DNA of 64,000 bases from the NCBI GenBank assembly GCA_002269645.1, contig NIVC01004001.1, positions 1,783 to 65,782 of the forward strand. Direction: 5' to 3'. The position numbers and the translations under genes are program-made. Below the pieces are notes generated by a model. The model was not told where the DNA came from and searched no databases. It saw nothing but the letters and a program-made list of their open reading frames with translations. The DNA is from Macrostomum lignano (lineage: Eukaryota). Positions 11,933-22,375 of this stretch are shown piece after piece (position 1 is the stretch's first letter; each line of letters starts with the position of its first letter).

Positions 11933-13493
11933 ATGGTAGGGAAGCAAGCTCTGAGTACGTCTCGTCTGGGACATTTCTTGCAGGTGATGTGCAGGTAGTC
12001 AGCCAGTGCTCCACACATATTCTCCGCTTCTCTCCCTTCTGTAGGCTGCCCTCCACTTCTGTAGGCTGCCCTCCACTTCTGTAGTCTGCCCTCCACTTCT
12101 GTAGGCTGCCCTCCACTTCTGTAGGCTGCCCTCCACTTCTGTAGGCTGCTCCAACTGCCCTTTTGAGGCTCATCCCCAGTCGGCCGAACTCCACTTAACA
12201 ATGACTCATTCAAACTCTGTTCCAGCCTGCCGCGGAGGACATCAAGGACCCGAAGGCGCCAGCCGTTCGGCCCCCTCTAGACGTGGCCTTCATCGGGCCG
12301 CCCGGCTCTGGCAAAGGCACTCAGGCTCGCCGCTTCGCCGATAAATTCGGCGTGTGCCACGTGGACATGGGCTCGATGCTGCGGTCCGCGGCTGCCAGAA
12401 ATGAGCAGGTCTGCGTACTGTCCAATGCGGTCACTGGAACAGCACTGAACCACCCTCTCCAGAAATTTTCGCCCTTCTTCCAAAAAAAAATCGCTCTCTC
12501 CAAAAAGAATCGCCTTCTCTTCAAAGAATTGCCCTCTTTAAAAAACGCCCCTATCTAGAAAGAATCGTCCTGCGTAGAAAGAATCGCCTCTTGTCTAGAA
12601 AGAATCTCCCGTGTCTAGAAAGAATCGCCTTTTGTCTAGAAAGAATCGCCTCTTGTCTAGAAAGAATCTCCCGTGTCTAGAAAGAATCGCCTTTTGTCTA
12701 GAAAGAATCGCCTCTTGTCTAGAAAGAATCGCCTCTTGTCTAGAAAGAATCTCCCGTGTCTAGAAAGAATCGCCTTTTGTCTAGAAAGAATCGCCTCTTG
12801 TCTAGAAAGAATCGCCTCTTGTCTAGAAAGAATCGCCTCTTGTCTAGAAAGAATCGCCTCTTGTCTAGAAAGAATCGCCTCTTGTCTAGAAAGAATCGCC
12901 TCTTGTCTAGAAAGAATCGCCCTTGTCAAGGGAGAATCGCCCTAGTGTAGATAATCGCCCCAACCGCAATCCCCCCCCCTCCTCGAAAGTTCAAGGCCAG
13001 CATCAACCAGGGCCGGCTCATTGCGGACGATCCGGTGTGCGAGCTGGTGGCGCAGCAGCTGGACCGGCCAGAGTGCGACCCGGGCATCCTGCTGGACGGC
13101 TTTCCGCGCACTTCCGGCCAGGCCGCCAAGTTGGACCAGATGCTGTCCGAGCGGCGGCGCAGCTTGTCCGCGGTTGTCCAATTCGATATTCCGGATGACG
13201 TTGCCACGGACAGGATCACCGGCCGGCTGCACCACCCCAGCTCCGGCAGGGTGTACCATCACAGCTTCCAGCCACCGCGCGTGCCCGGACGCGACGATGC
13301 GACGGGCGAGTCGCTGACGAAGCGGCCGGACGACTTCCCGGACGTGATGCCGAGGCGGCTGGCCGCCTACCGCGACCTCATCGGCCCGGTGCTGCAGCGG
13401 TACAGCCAGGCCGGCCTGTTGAAGCGTGTCGATGCCAGCAAGCCGGCTGACTCGGTCTGGAGCACCTTGCAGAGCCTGTTCAAGTCTGGCTGA
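11933..13493 (+). CDS. AK2: Adenylate kinase, AK2-type, paralog 1; join(11933..11983?,12226..12408,12990..13493)
   Basis: P-loop [18 protein letters not shown] and LID RITGRLHHPSSGRVYH...DDATGESLTKRPDD. Phase-0 splice sites at 12225 (AG), 12409 (GT) and 12989 (AG). The first exon and the exact second acceptor are less certain. Confidence 0.85.
12040..12145 (+). repeat. 20-bp minisatellite in AK paralog 1 intron 1
   Basis: ttctgtaggctgccctccac, about 5 copies. Confidence 0.9.
12540..12960 (+). repeat. 21-bp minisatellite in AK paralog 1 intron 2
   Basis: tctagaaagaatcgcctcttg, about 19 copies. Confidence 0.93.
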
Positions 13494-13599
13494 GAGCTGT
13501 CCATGCATTGCATTGTGCTTTAGTATGTGATTATACTCACTGCGGGCTTTCTGGCATGCCCGCTCAAGGATTTTGGCGCCTCATTTTTAGAGATATGGG

Positions 13600-14255
13600 G
13601 TGTCCACTGCAACATCGGGGTTTCCTGGCCACTTAGGGATCGAGGCTGTCCACTGAACCATGGGGTGTCTACTGAGGCATCAGGGTGTCCACTGAAGCAT
13701 CAGGGTGTCCACGGAGGCATCGGGGTGCCCAATGAGGCATGGGGGTTGTCCACAGAAGTATCGGGTGTCAACTGAAGCATCGGGTTGTCCACAGAAGTAT
13801 TGGGGTGTCCACTAAAGCATCGGGTGTCCACTAAAGCATCGGGTGTCCACTAAAGCATCGGGTGTCCACTAAAGCATCGGGTGTCCACTAAAGCATCGGG
13901 TGTCCACTAAGGCATCAGGGTGTCCACTAAAGCATCGGGTGTCCACTAAAGCATCGGGTGTCCACTAAGGCATCAGGGTGTCCACTGAAGCATCGGGTGT
14001 CCACTGAAGCATCGGGTTGTCCACTGAAGCATCGGGTTGTCCACAGAAGTATCAGGGTGTCCACTGAAGCATCGGGTTGTCCACAGAAGTATCGTGGTGT
14101 CCACTGAAGCATCGGGTGTCCACTAGGGCATCGGGATGTACACTGAAGCGTCGGGTGTCCACAGAAGTATCGGGGTGTCCACTGAGGCGTCAGGGTGTCC
14201 ACTGAAGCATCGGGTGTCCATGTCCGCTGAAGCATTGGAGTGTCCACTGAGGCAT
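13600..14255 (+). repeat. 19-20-bp minisatellite (gggtgtccactaaagcatc)
   Basis: Homogeneous core at 13800-13990 with degenerate flanks. Confidence 0.9.
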
Positions 14256-14839
14256 CGGAGTACTATAGAGTAATTGTTAGCTAGATTATATATGACAAAT
14301 AGATAAATTTATTGTCTTTTAGTTAATTATTAACTGCTCTGCTACAAGTAAAATTTGTAACTATTGTGTGCGCAGTGTGATTTTACCTGTTTATTTGGCC
14401 CACATTACTGCAGCTCTGTCTGCTTGTAGCTGTTTAGCCACCCGTTAGATATGGTATTAGATATCCTTATCGGAAGAGATTTTTTTCAGTTTTCAAGCGC
14501 TGTCTGTAGTAAATTTCTATTTTCCCTTAGGCCATTGATTGATTATTATATACTCGTAGTAGCATATTTATTGTGTTCAATTTCATTATTAAATATTTAT
14601 TACCAATTTGTCTCTGCTTCACCTTCAAAAATTCACCTTGTACTTAGCCGATTGTGTGCCGTCTGTTCGATTAGTTTTATCCGCACTTGTATTTGTGTTA
14701 GCTATTTATAGTTATAAACAAATAGATTTTAATGGTCATACTTTTCTGCTTGAGCCGATGGACTGATCTACCTGGTTTTAATCATTTTAATGTCACATTT
14801 TACTGCCCTTTCTAATTGTAATTAGAAGCGAAGGTCGCT

Positions 14840-15710
14840 ACTGACACCCTGCAGTCCATGCTGACACCCTGCAGTCCATGCTGACCCCTGCAGTCCATGC
14901 TGACACCCTGCAGTCCATGCTGACACCCTGCAGTCCATGCTGACACCCTGCCGTTCATGCTGACACCCTACAGTCCATGCTGACACCCTGCAGTCCATGC
15001 TGACCCCTTCAGTCCATGCTGGCACCCTGCAGTGCAGTCCATGCTGACTCCCTACAGTCCATGCTGGCACCCTGCAGTGCAGTCCATGCTGACTCCCTAC
15101 AGTCCATGCTGACACCCTGCAGTCCAGGCTGACACCCTGCCGTTCATGCTGACACCCTACAGTCCATGCTGACACCCTGCCGTTCATGCTGACACCCTAC
15201 AGTCCATGCTGACACCCTGCAGTCCATGCTGACACCCTACAGTCCATGCTGACCCCTTCAGTCCATGCTGGCACCCTGCAGTGCAGTCCATGCTGACTCC
15301 CTACAGTCCATGCTGACACCCTGCAGTCCATGCTGACACCCTGCCGTTCATGCTGACACCCTTCAGTCCATGCTGACACCCTACAGTCCATGCTGACACC
15401 CTGCAGTCCATGCTGACACCCTACAGTCCATGCTGAAACCCTGCAGTCCATGCTGACACCCTACAGTCCATGCTGACCCCTTCAGTCCATGCTGGCACCC
15501 TGCAGTGCAGTCCATGCTGGCACCCTGCAGTGCAGTCCATGCTGACTCCCTACAGTCCATGCTGACACCCTGCAGTCCATGCTGACACCCTACAGTCCAT
15601 GCTGACACCCTGCAGTCCATGCTGGCACCCTGCAGTGCAGTCCATGCTGACTCCCTACAGTCCATGCTGACACCCTGCAGTCCATGCTGACACCCTGCAG
15701 TCCATGCCAG
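14840..15710 (+). repeat. ~20-bp minisatellite (cagtccatgctgacaccctg)
   Basis: ~40 copies with variant units. Confidence 0.93.
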
Positions 15711-16489
15711 CCCTTTTGACCTTGTTGCGTCCCCAGCTAGCGCACACAATCAAGGCCTGCCCAAGCCGCTATTGAGCTGATTCACTTTAATTCAAGCTGC
15801 GCAATCGGTTGCGAAAAAAACTGTCCCAGTTCAAGCGAGCCCTTATCGAGCCCGTCTCTCGTGACGCGGCTTGTTTTCAACAATTCAGCCTTTTTTTTAA
15901 AAAAACATTGTTTTTGCAAATCTCGGCCGCTGCCGTCTCTTCCTGGAAATCGGGTTCTCAATTTGTCAGCGCCCCGCCGGCACCTGTTTGCTCACTGGAT
16001 TTAGATTAGCTAGATTTGTACTTTTCCTTTGGTGCGGCCGACTGAAGGGATTGGCGGATTGCTTGATGTCCTCCCCTGTCTGTCTAAGCTCGTCTGATCG
16101 AGACAGAGTAACTAGCGGCCACTGCCCCTGCTTTTGTGTGCAGCTGGTAACTTGTAACTTGATAAGTAATTCCGGCGCCTCAGCCATTGAAATAGGCTCT
16201 TACGCCACTAGATATAAATAAGTTTCCTGATAGGGAGTGTACTAATGTACACTAAAAGCCAAGTTAGACTATAGAGGACTGTACAGGGCATTTCTGCAGC
16301 TGGTGCAGAAATGCAGGCTTTATGTAGTCTGCTTTGGGGCGTTCTTATCCAACTTTTATTCACCGCATGTCTTTGGGGGGATTAAGTTGTGCGCTTTCTG
16401 CGCTCTGGCGTAACTTCTTTAACTTTTGCTCCCTGCAGACTTAGTTATTTAGTACTGGCTCGCTCATGGTCTCGGTATCTCACTCATGA

Positions 16490-16705
16490 ACTCATGACGT
16501 CACCCATGATCTCATTACACACCCATGGACCTCACTCATGATCTCATTACCTCACCCACTGACCTCAACCATAATCTCGTTACTCACCCATGGACCTCAC
16601 TAATGATCGCATTAACTCACCCATGACTCACTCGTGATCTCATTACCTCACCCATGACTCACTCGTGATCTCATTACCTCACCCATGACTCACTCATCAT
16701 CTCAC
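16490..16705 (+). repeat. 31-bp degenerate minisatellite (cacccatgactcactcgtgatctcattacct)
   Basis: Period 31 at 16620-16700. Confidence 0.8.
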
Positions 16706-17106
16706 TAACTCCCCGCTCAAAAGTGCTTTTTCAAAGCAAATCCGGCCGCCAATCTCAATCCCAAAAACGCAGGCGCGTAAACGGTCTGTTAAAAATATCC
16801 AGAGCGGGTGGCAATTGTTGCATCAACAGTGATTCATTTTTCGGTTGGGTGCAGGTGTTTGTTTCAACGGGCCGGGGGGGGGGCGACTCGCCTGGGGGAG
16901 TTTTCTGTCACAACTAATCTCCCACCTTGATTTCCGCCTTTGTGTCCGGCACAAATTGCAATTAGTATTTGCACCTGCTACTGCTTAGACAGGCGACCGC
17001 AGCTGCCCTGCATAAATGGGGGATGAGAGTTTAGTCCTTTTCAATCCTAATTCTCTTGATAGGACTTTGAATCAACTTTGTCGCAATGCTTTATGAAGCA
17101 ATGTCA

Positions 17107-17190
17107 GCCTCACAGACAGGCAATCACAGACTCACAGACAGGCAATCACAGCCTCACAGACAGGCAATCACAGCCTCACAGACAGGCAAT
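17107..17190 (+). repeat. 22-bp tandem repeat, about 4 copies, just upstream of AK paralog 2
   Basis: cacagacaggcaatcacag(a/c)ct at 17111, 17133, 17155, 17177. Confidence 0.88.
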
Positions 17191-17248
17191 CCAGCGCATT
17201 CCCACCCCATCCCGCAGCCGCAGTCTTAACTAATTTCGCTATCGCACA

Positions 17249-18564
17249 ATGGGCCAGTCCTGGGGCAAGCAGCAGCAGTCGGGCAACGTGAACGCCATGT
17301 TCCTCGGGCCGCCGGGCTCCGGCAAGGGCACCCAGTCGGAGCGATTCGTCCGCCACTTCGGTGTCTGCCATCTGGACGCCGGCACGATGCTCCGCGCCGT
17401 AGCCAAGGCGGAGTCGGAGCTCGGCAAGCGGGTGCGCGGCCTCATGAACGAAGGCCGCCTGGTTGACGACCAGACCATCTGCGAGATCATCGAGCAGAAC
17501 CTGGACAAGCCCGAGTGCAAGAAGGGTTTCCTGCTGGACGGCTTCCCCCGCACCCAGGCCCAGGCCGAGCGGCTGGACGACATGCTTGGCCGCCGCCGGC
17601 AGCAGCTTAACGGCGTCGTTGAGTTCGCCATCGACGACCGCCTTCTGGAGGAGCGAATCGTCGGCCGCCTGATGCACGTCCCCTCCGGCCGGGTCTACCA
17701 TGAGAAGTTCCGGCCGCCCCAGGTGCCGGGTGAGCTCACGGGGAAGCAAATGGGGAATCTGATAGGGAATCTGATGGAGAATCTGATGAGAAATCTGATA
17801 GTGAATCGAATAGGGAATCTCATAGGGAGTTGAATAGGGAATTTGATTCGGAAGAAAAACTGGGATAAAGCGGATGGAGAAGAGAGACTGGCGAAAACAG
17901 ATAGAGAATACAGACTGGGGAAAACAGATGGAGAAGAGAGACTGGGGGAAAACAGATGGAGAAGAGAGACTGGGAGAAATCAGATGGAGAAGAGAGACTG
18001 GGGAAAACAGATGGAGAAGAGAGACTGGGGGAAAACAGATGGAGAAGAGAGACTGGGGAAAACAGATGGAGAAGAGAGACTGGGGGAAAACAGATGGAGA
18101 AGAGAGACTGGGAGAAATCAGATGGAGAAGAGAGACTGGGGAAAACAGATAAAGAAGAGAGACTGGGGGAAAACAGATGGAGAAGAGAGACTGGGGGAAA
18201 CAGATGGAGAAGAGAGACTGGGATAAAGCGGATGGAGAAGAGAGACTGGGGGAAAACAGATGGAGAAGAGAGACTGGGGGAAAACAGATGGAGAAGAGAG
18301 ACTGGGGAAAACTTTCCGAGTTCCAAGCAGCGCCGGTGCCCCGATCCCTGCCGCGCAGGCAAAGACGACGTGACGGGGGAGCCGCTGACGCGGCGGTCGG
18401 ACGACAACGCTGAGACGCTGCGCACCCGGCTGGCGCAGTACCACGAGAAGACGCGGCCCCTCACCGACTATTACGGCCGGCGCCACCTGATGCACCGGTT
18501 GGACGCGTCTCGGTCTCAGGACCAGGTGTGGCAGGACCTGCTGCGCATCTTCAAGCAGGCCTAA
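17249..18564 (+). CDS. AK2: Adenylate kinase, AK2-type, paralog 2; join(17249..17729,18359..18564)
   Basis: [30 protein letters not shown] and [19 protein letters not shown]. Phase-1 intron G|GTGAG...GCAG|GC restores [19 protein letters not shown]. Stop at 18564. Confidence 0.92.
17752..18312 (+). repeat. Compound intronic array: 12-bp (gggaatctgata) then ~27-bp (gggaaaacagatggagaagagagactg)
   Basis: Fills almost the whole AK paralog 2 intron. Confidence 0.92.
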
Positions 18565-18723
18565 TTCAGTGTCATTTCATACCTGTTGATTCTATGAGTC
18601 GGCGTCAGTGCTGTTGCTGTAGTTTAGGTTCAAATTTTTACTGTCAACTTCTCTAGTTCAACCTATCTGTCTCATCAGGCCGTAATGACTCGTAAAATTA
18701 ACACTTCAAATTATTATGGCGAA

Positions 18724-18870
18724 TCTGATGCTACTAATTAGTAGTATGCACACCTGGGGCCGGGTCTCCCATGGCAACTCTGATGCTACTAATTAGTAGT
18801 ATGCACACCTGGGGCCGGGTCTCCCATGGCAACTCTGATGCTACTAATTAGTAGTATGCGCACCTGGGCG
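18724..18870 (+). repeat. 55-bp tandem repeat, ~2.6 copies, containing palindrome ctactaattagtag
   Basis: Units start at 18725, 18780, 18835. Confidence 0.88.
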
Positions 18871-19639
18871 AGTCTCCAAGTAAGTTGATTAGTCGCCATT
18901 CCAATTATTATTTGAATCCGGAGAGCGCTATGTTTTAAATTTGTCTTCTCCCACTGTTTTGTTGATTTTTTTCACCCCTGTGTGTGGGGGTTTCTGACCT
19001 GATTCTTAATGCCGATACTGGTTTAGCAATAGTAATTATTATTATATTAATATTATTAGTTGAGAAATAGATCCGACTCGAACATCTCTGTGCAGCCATT
19101 CCGCCAGCCACCTTCTGCTGTCATTTGCATGGCAACCAGTGAATTATTGAATTCTGACAAATGGCTAACGCGAAGAGTCGGGCGCTTTGATTTTGACAGA
19201 GTGGTCTCAATTATTTTCACAGTCAGACCTGCTGGCTGGAAACTGGCTCAGAAATTGTGCCGTGCGAGTTTTCTGAAATTCTTAAGAAAGTAAAAGTTTT
19301 ATTTTTACTTTCCCAAGCCATAAGCCGGTTTAGAAGTGGTGCAGATGAAGCTAAGCATGTGATGTATGAAACAGTATCCAACCGCCCCGCATGCTGCAAA
19401 AAAGTTTCATTTGAATCACACCAAGTTGCAATGGCGCAGTTGTCAGATTGCGCACCAATCGGCTAGCTTGGACTTCGGACTATTTGACCTACTTTTCGAA
19501 TTGTTGAAAACTTGGGCCCAGGTGCAAGTTGTTTCTAGCCAAGGAGAACTTCATCAGTATCTGGAGTAAAAAATTAAATTGAAAAAAAAAATTTGTTTCG
19601 TTTATTAAAAATGTTTGTTTTATGTAGCACATCTTCGAG

Positions 19640-20080
19640 AAGCACTTGGTTCAATGCTTTCAGTAGGTTTCACGACCCGCTGAGAATTTCTATGGTGAAA
19701 CCTCACTTGGCTCAATGCTTTCAGTTGGCTTCACTGCCCGCTGAGTGTCTATGGTGAAACCTCGCTTGGCTCAATGCTTTCAGTTGGCTTCACTGCCCGC
19801 TGAGTGTCTATGGTGAAACCTCACTTGGCTCAATGCTTTCAGTTGGCTTCACTGCCCGCTGAGTGTCTATGGTGAAACCTCACTTGGCTCAATGCTTTCA
19901 GTTGGCTTCACTGCCCGCTGAGTGTCTATGGTAAAACCTCACTTGGCTCAATGCTTTCAGTTGGCTTCACTGCCCGCTGAGTGTCTATGGTGAAACCTCA
20001 CTTGGCTCAATGCTTTCAGTTGGCTGCACTGCCCGCTAATGTCTATGGTAAAACCTCACTTGGCTTAATTCTTTCAGTTT
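19640..20080 (+). repeat. 59-bp tandem repeat, ~7 copies
   Basis: ctatggtgaaacctcacttggctcaatgctttcagttggcttcactgcccgctgagtgt. Confidence 0.93.
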
Positions 20081-20454
20081 GATAATGCCTATGAAGAAGC
20101 CGCAGTTACATGTACGCTCGCACCTTAAAAATGTTCTTAACAATTAGGCATGTACACTTGTACATTCATGGTTGTTTGTACATGTACTCTTACAAGAAAT
20201 TAATAGGCGGCCCACACGTGGATAGCAACTACATTCGTGACATTTTTACTGTATACATGTATCTGGCAGCTGGTCAATACAGCTCCAATTTAATGCACAT
20301 CCAGCGATAGTTTATGGCCAGCCCCGCTGACCACGTAGGCAGGAATGGGTCTCTCAGGCGTCGTCGTGAATATTTCAAGGCTGTGCATTTGCTCGAAGCT
20401 GACTTCCAGGGAAGCCTACCGGGGCAGCAGGCCCCCTTGATCTGGTGGGTTTCA

Positions 20455-20800
20455 CAAACTCGAAATTTTACAGCGTCGAAACTCTAAAGCACCCTTCTTC
20501 ATAACGTCGAAATTACACGCGACGTAGAAAAATCAAATAGCGGCCATTTCGACCATTGAAAAGGTCGAAATTTCACATTTAATTTATGTTGTGAAAATTC
20601 GACCTTATGAGTACCTTGCTCGCTTTCGATGTGAAATTTCGACCTTGCGAGTCCCTTGCAAGCTTTTGGTGTGAAATTTCGACTTTATGAATCCCTTTGC
20701 TAGCTTTCGGTGTAAAATTTCGACCTTATGAGTCTCCTTGCTAGCTTTCGATGTGAAACTTCGACCTTGGTAGCTTTCGGTGTGAAATTGCGACCTTACG
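20455..20800 (+). repeat. Degenerate ~36-bp repeat (gtgaaatttcgacctt core)
   Basis: Recurrent core in both orientations. Confidence 0.7.
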
Positions 20801-21571
20801 AAAGTATACCCTATCTCCCCCCCCCCTATCTCAATGCAAGAGGGGGGGCAGTAGTTGCCCCTTCTGAATCATTGTTCAAAGCTTTGATTTTTACTTCTTT
20901 TTGTCTTAAATTCAACAAAATGTGAACGACAAATATTTAAATTTGTGGCCCGCGAGCCGGAGTTCCCTGCTGCACATCCTGCAGGTCAAAGAGCGTCATA
21001 AAAAACTCAGACAACGCAGCAGCCTCTGCCTTCGGCAGATTTCCTCTGGCAAAAAGAAAAGGGCATAGACCCAGCAGCGAGTCTTGGGAGACGGCTGCAT
21101 AGACGGAGAAGGGAAGGTGTGGCATTGTTTGCACCTTGGCAGCTCAATTTATTATATAACAATTGTGGCAAACCGAATTGCGAATTGTATAGGCTCGGGA
21201 TTAGGGGAGCGATTTTATTAAAGCAAAACGAAAATAACAAATACAAAAGATATTCAGGAGCAACAGAAAATAATGAAGAGAAAACGGAAAAATATGAGTT
21301 GTCAAAAATATGCGGTGATGATGTGAAATTGCAAAACTTGCCACTGGAGTTCGTTGAGTTTCTAGGAAAATGCGAGTCAGCCCTGTCTTAGCCTGCCTGC
21401 AAATCAGGACTCCAATAGTTACAGAGGCCGGGCCTCAATCGCTTACATGTGCCAGCTAGCTGGTGGGCAGGGGCGAGTATTCATTTTACGGATCAAGGTG
21501 GAAGACCTGCGCAAATCAAACAATATAAAAGCAATTAATAATCAATAATCGGAAGAGAAGTCAGGCAAAAC

Positions 21572-21967
21572 CACAGATACTAAAATAACTTGATGGGCCA
21601 CTCAGGCATATATACTTAGTAAAACAGCTTTCTACTTTCAGTTCAGTAGCAAAGAAGAATACATAAGCTATATTATTAAAATAAAGGCAGCTGAAATTAC
21701 TTTGATAAGTTGCCCAAGCTTGCTAATTGGTTCAGCCATAATGTACATTGGTCAATCCACTGAAATGTACATGGCAGCTTTAGGCTGGAATTCCGAAGGC
21801 AATAAAAACTGGGTGGCGGCCGGGTAGAGGTTCTATTTAGAGTTGGAGGGTTTAAGCCTTGTCTTTAAAAAATACATTAAAATGCTTCAGTTTAACTTAC
21901 TACTGAACTGAAAGTAGCTTACACGCAAATGTGCTGAGTGGCCCATTTAGTTATTCTGGTATCTGTG
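21572..21967. mobile_element. Non-autonomous DNA transposon (MITE), 396 bp, CACAG...CTGTG termini, 8-bp TSD GGCAAAAC (P- or hAT-like)
   Basis: TSD at 21564-21571 and 21968-21975 is identical. Imperfect TIRs of ~80 bp (cacagatactaaaataac...atgggccactcag...ctactttcagttcagtag and its reverse complement). Confidence 0.85.
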
Positions 21968-22375
21968 GGCAAAACCGAAGCAAAAACATCAAGAGAAGTG
22001 CGGGATGCTCTGCTATTACAGTATGATATTGCAAAAAGGCGGGGAGGAGCCTGGACATTCGCAGCGATGGCGCTGGTTGATAGGCATAGATATGTAAATC
22101 TCGTACAATTGGTTGAAAAAATAATGAAATATAAATCCAACAGCCTAAATATTAATAAATTTATGATAGAAATTTCTGTTTAAAAAATTGTAAATCTCGC
22201 AGCGCGCGGTTAGCAGAAAAAAGCACAACTGAAAAAAAGCCCAGCTGTATGGGAAATGAATGCCACTGATATCAATAATAGATGTATAAATATAGAGTGA
22301 TGCAATGCAAATACGAGGCCGCGCAGCGAGAGCGCTACAGAAGCCAAGGAATATTAAAAGCAAAAGAAAACTTGT

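Noticed and set aside
12226-18564. One gene with two AK domains
   Set aside because: Paralog 1 has a stop at 13493 and paralog 2 has its own ATG at 17249.
8662-20080. Regular 55-59-bp repeats as possible CRISPR arrays
   Set aside because: Units are contiguous with no unique spacers, there are no cas genes, and the context is eukaryotic.
20937-21134. GC-rich minus ORF as an extra RhoGEF exon
   Set aside because: The RhoGEF model already terminates at TGA 22376, and I recognised no motif.
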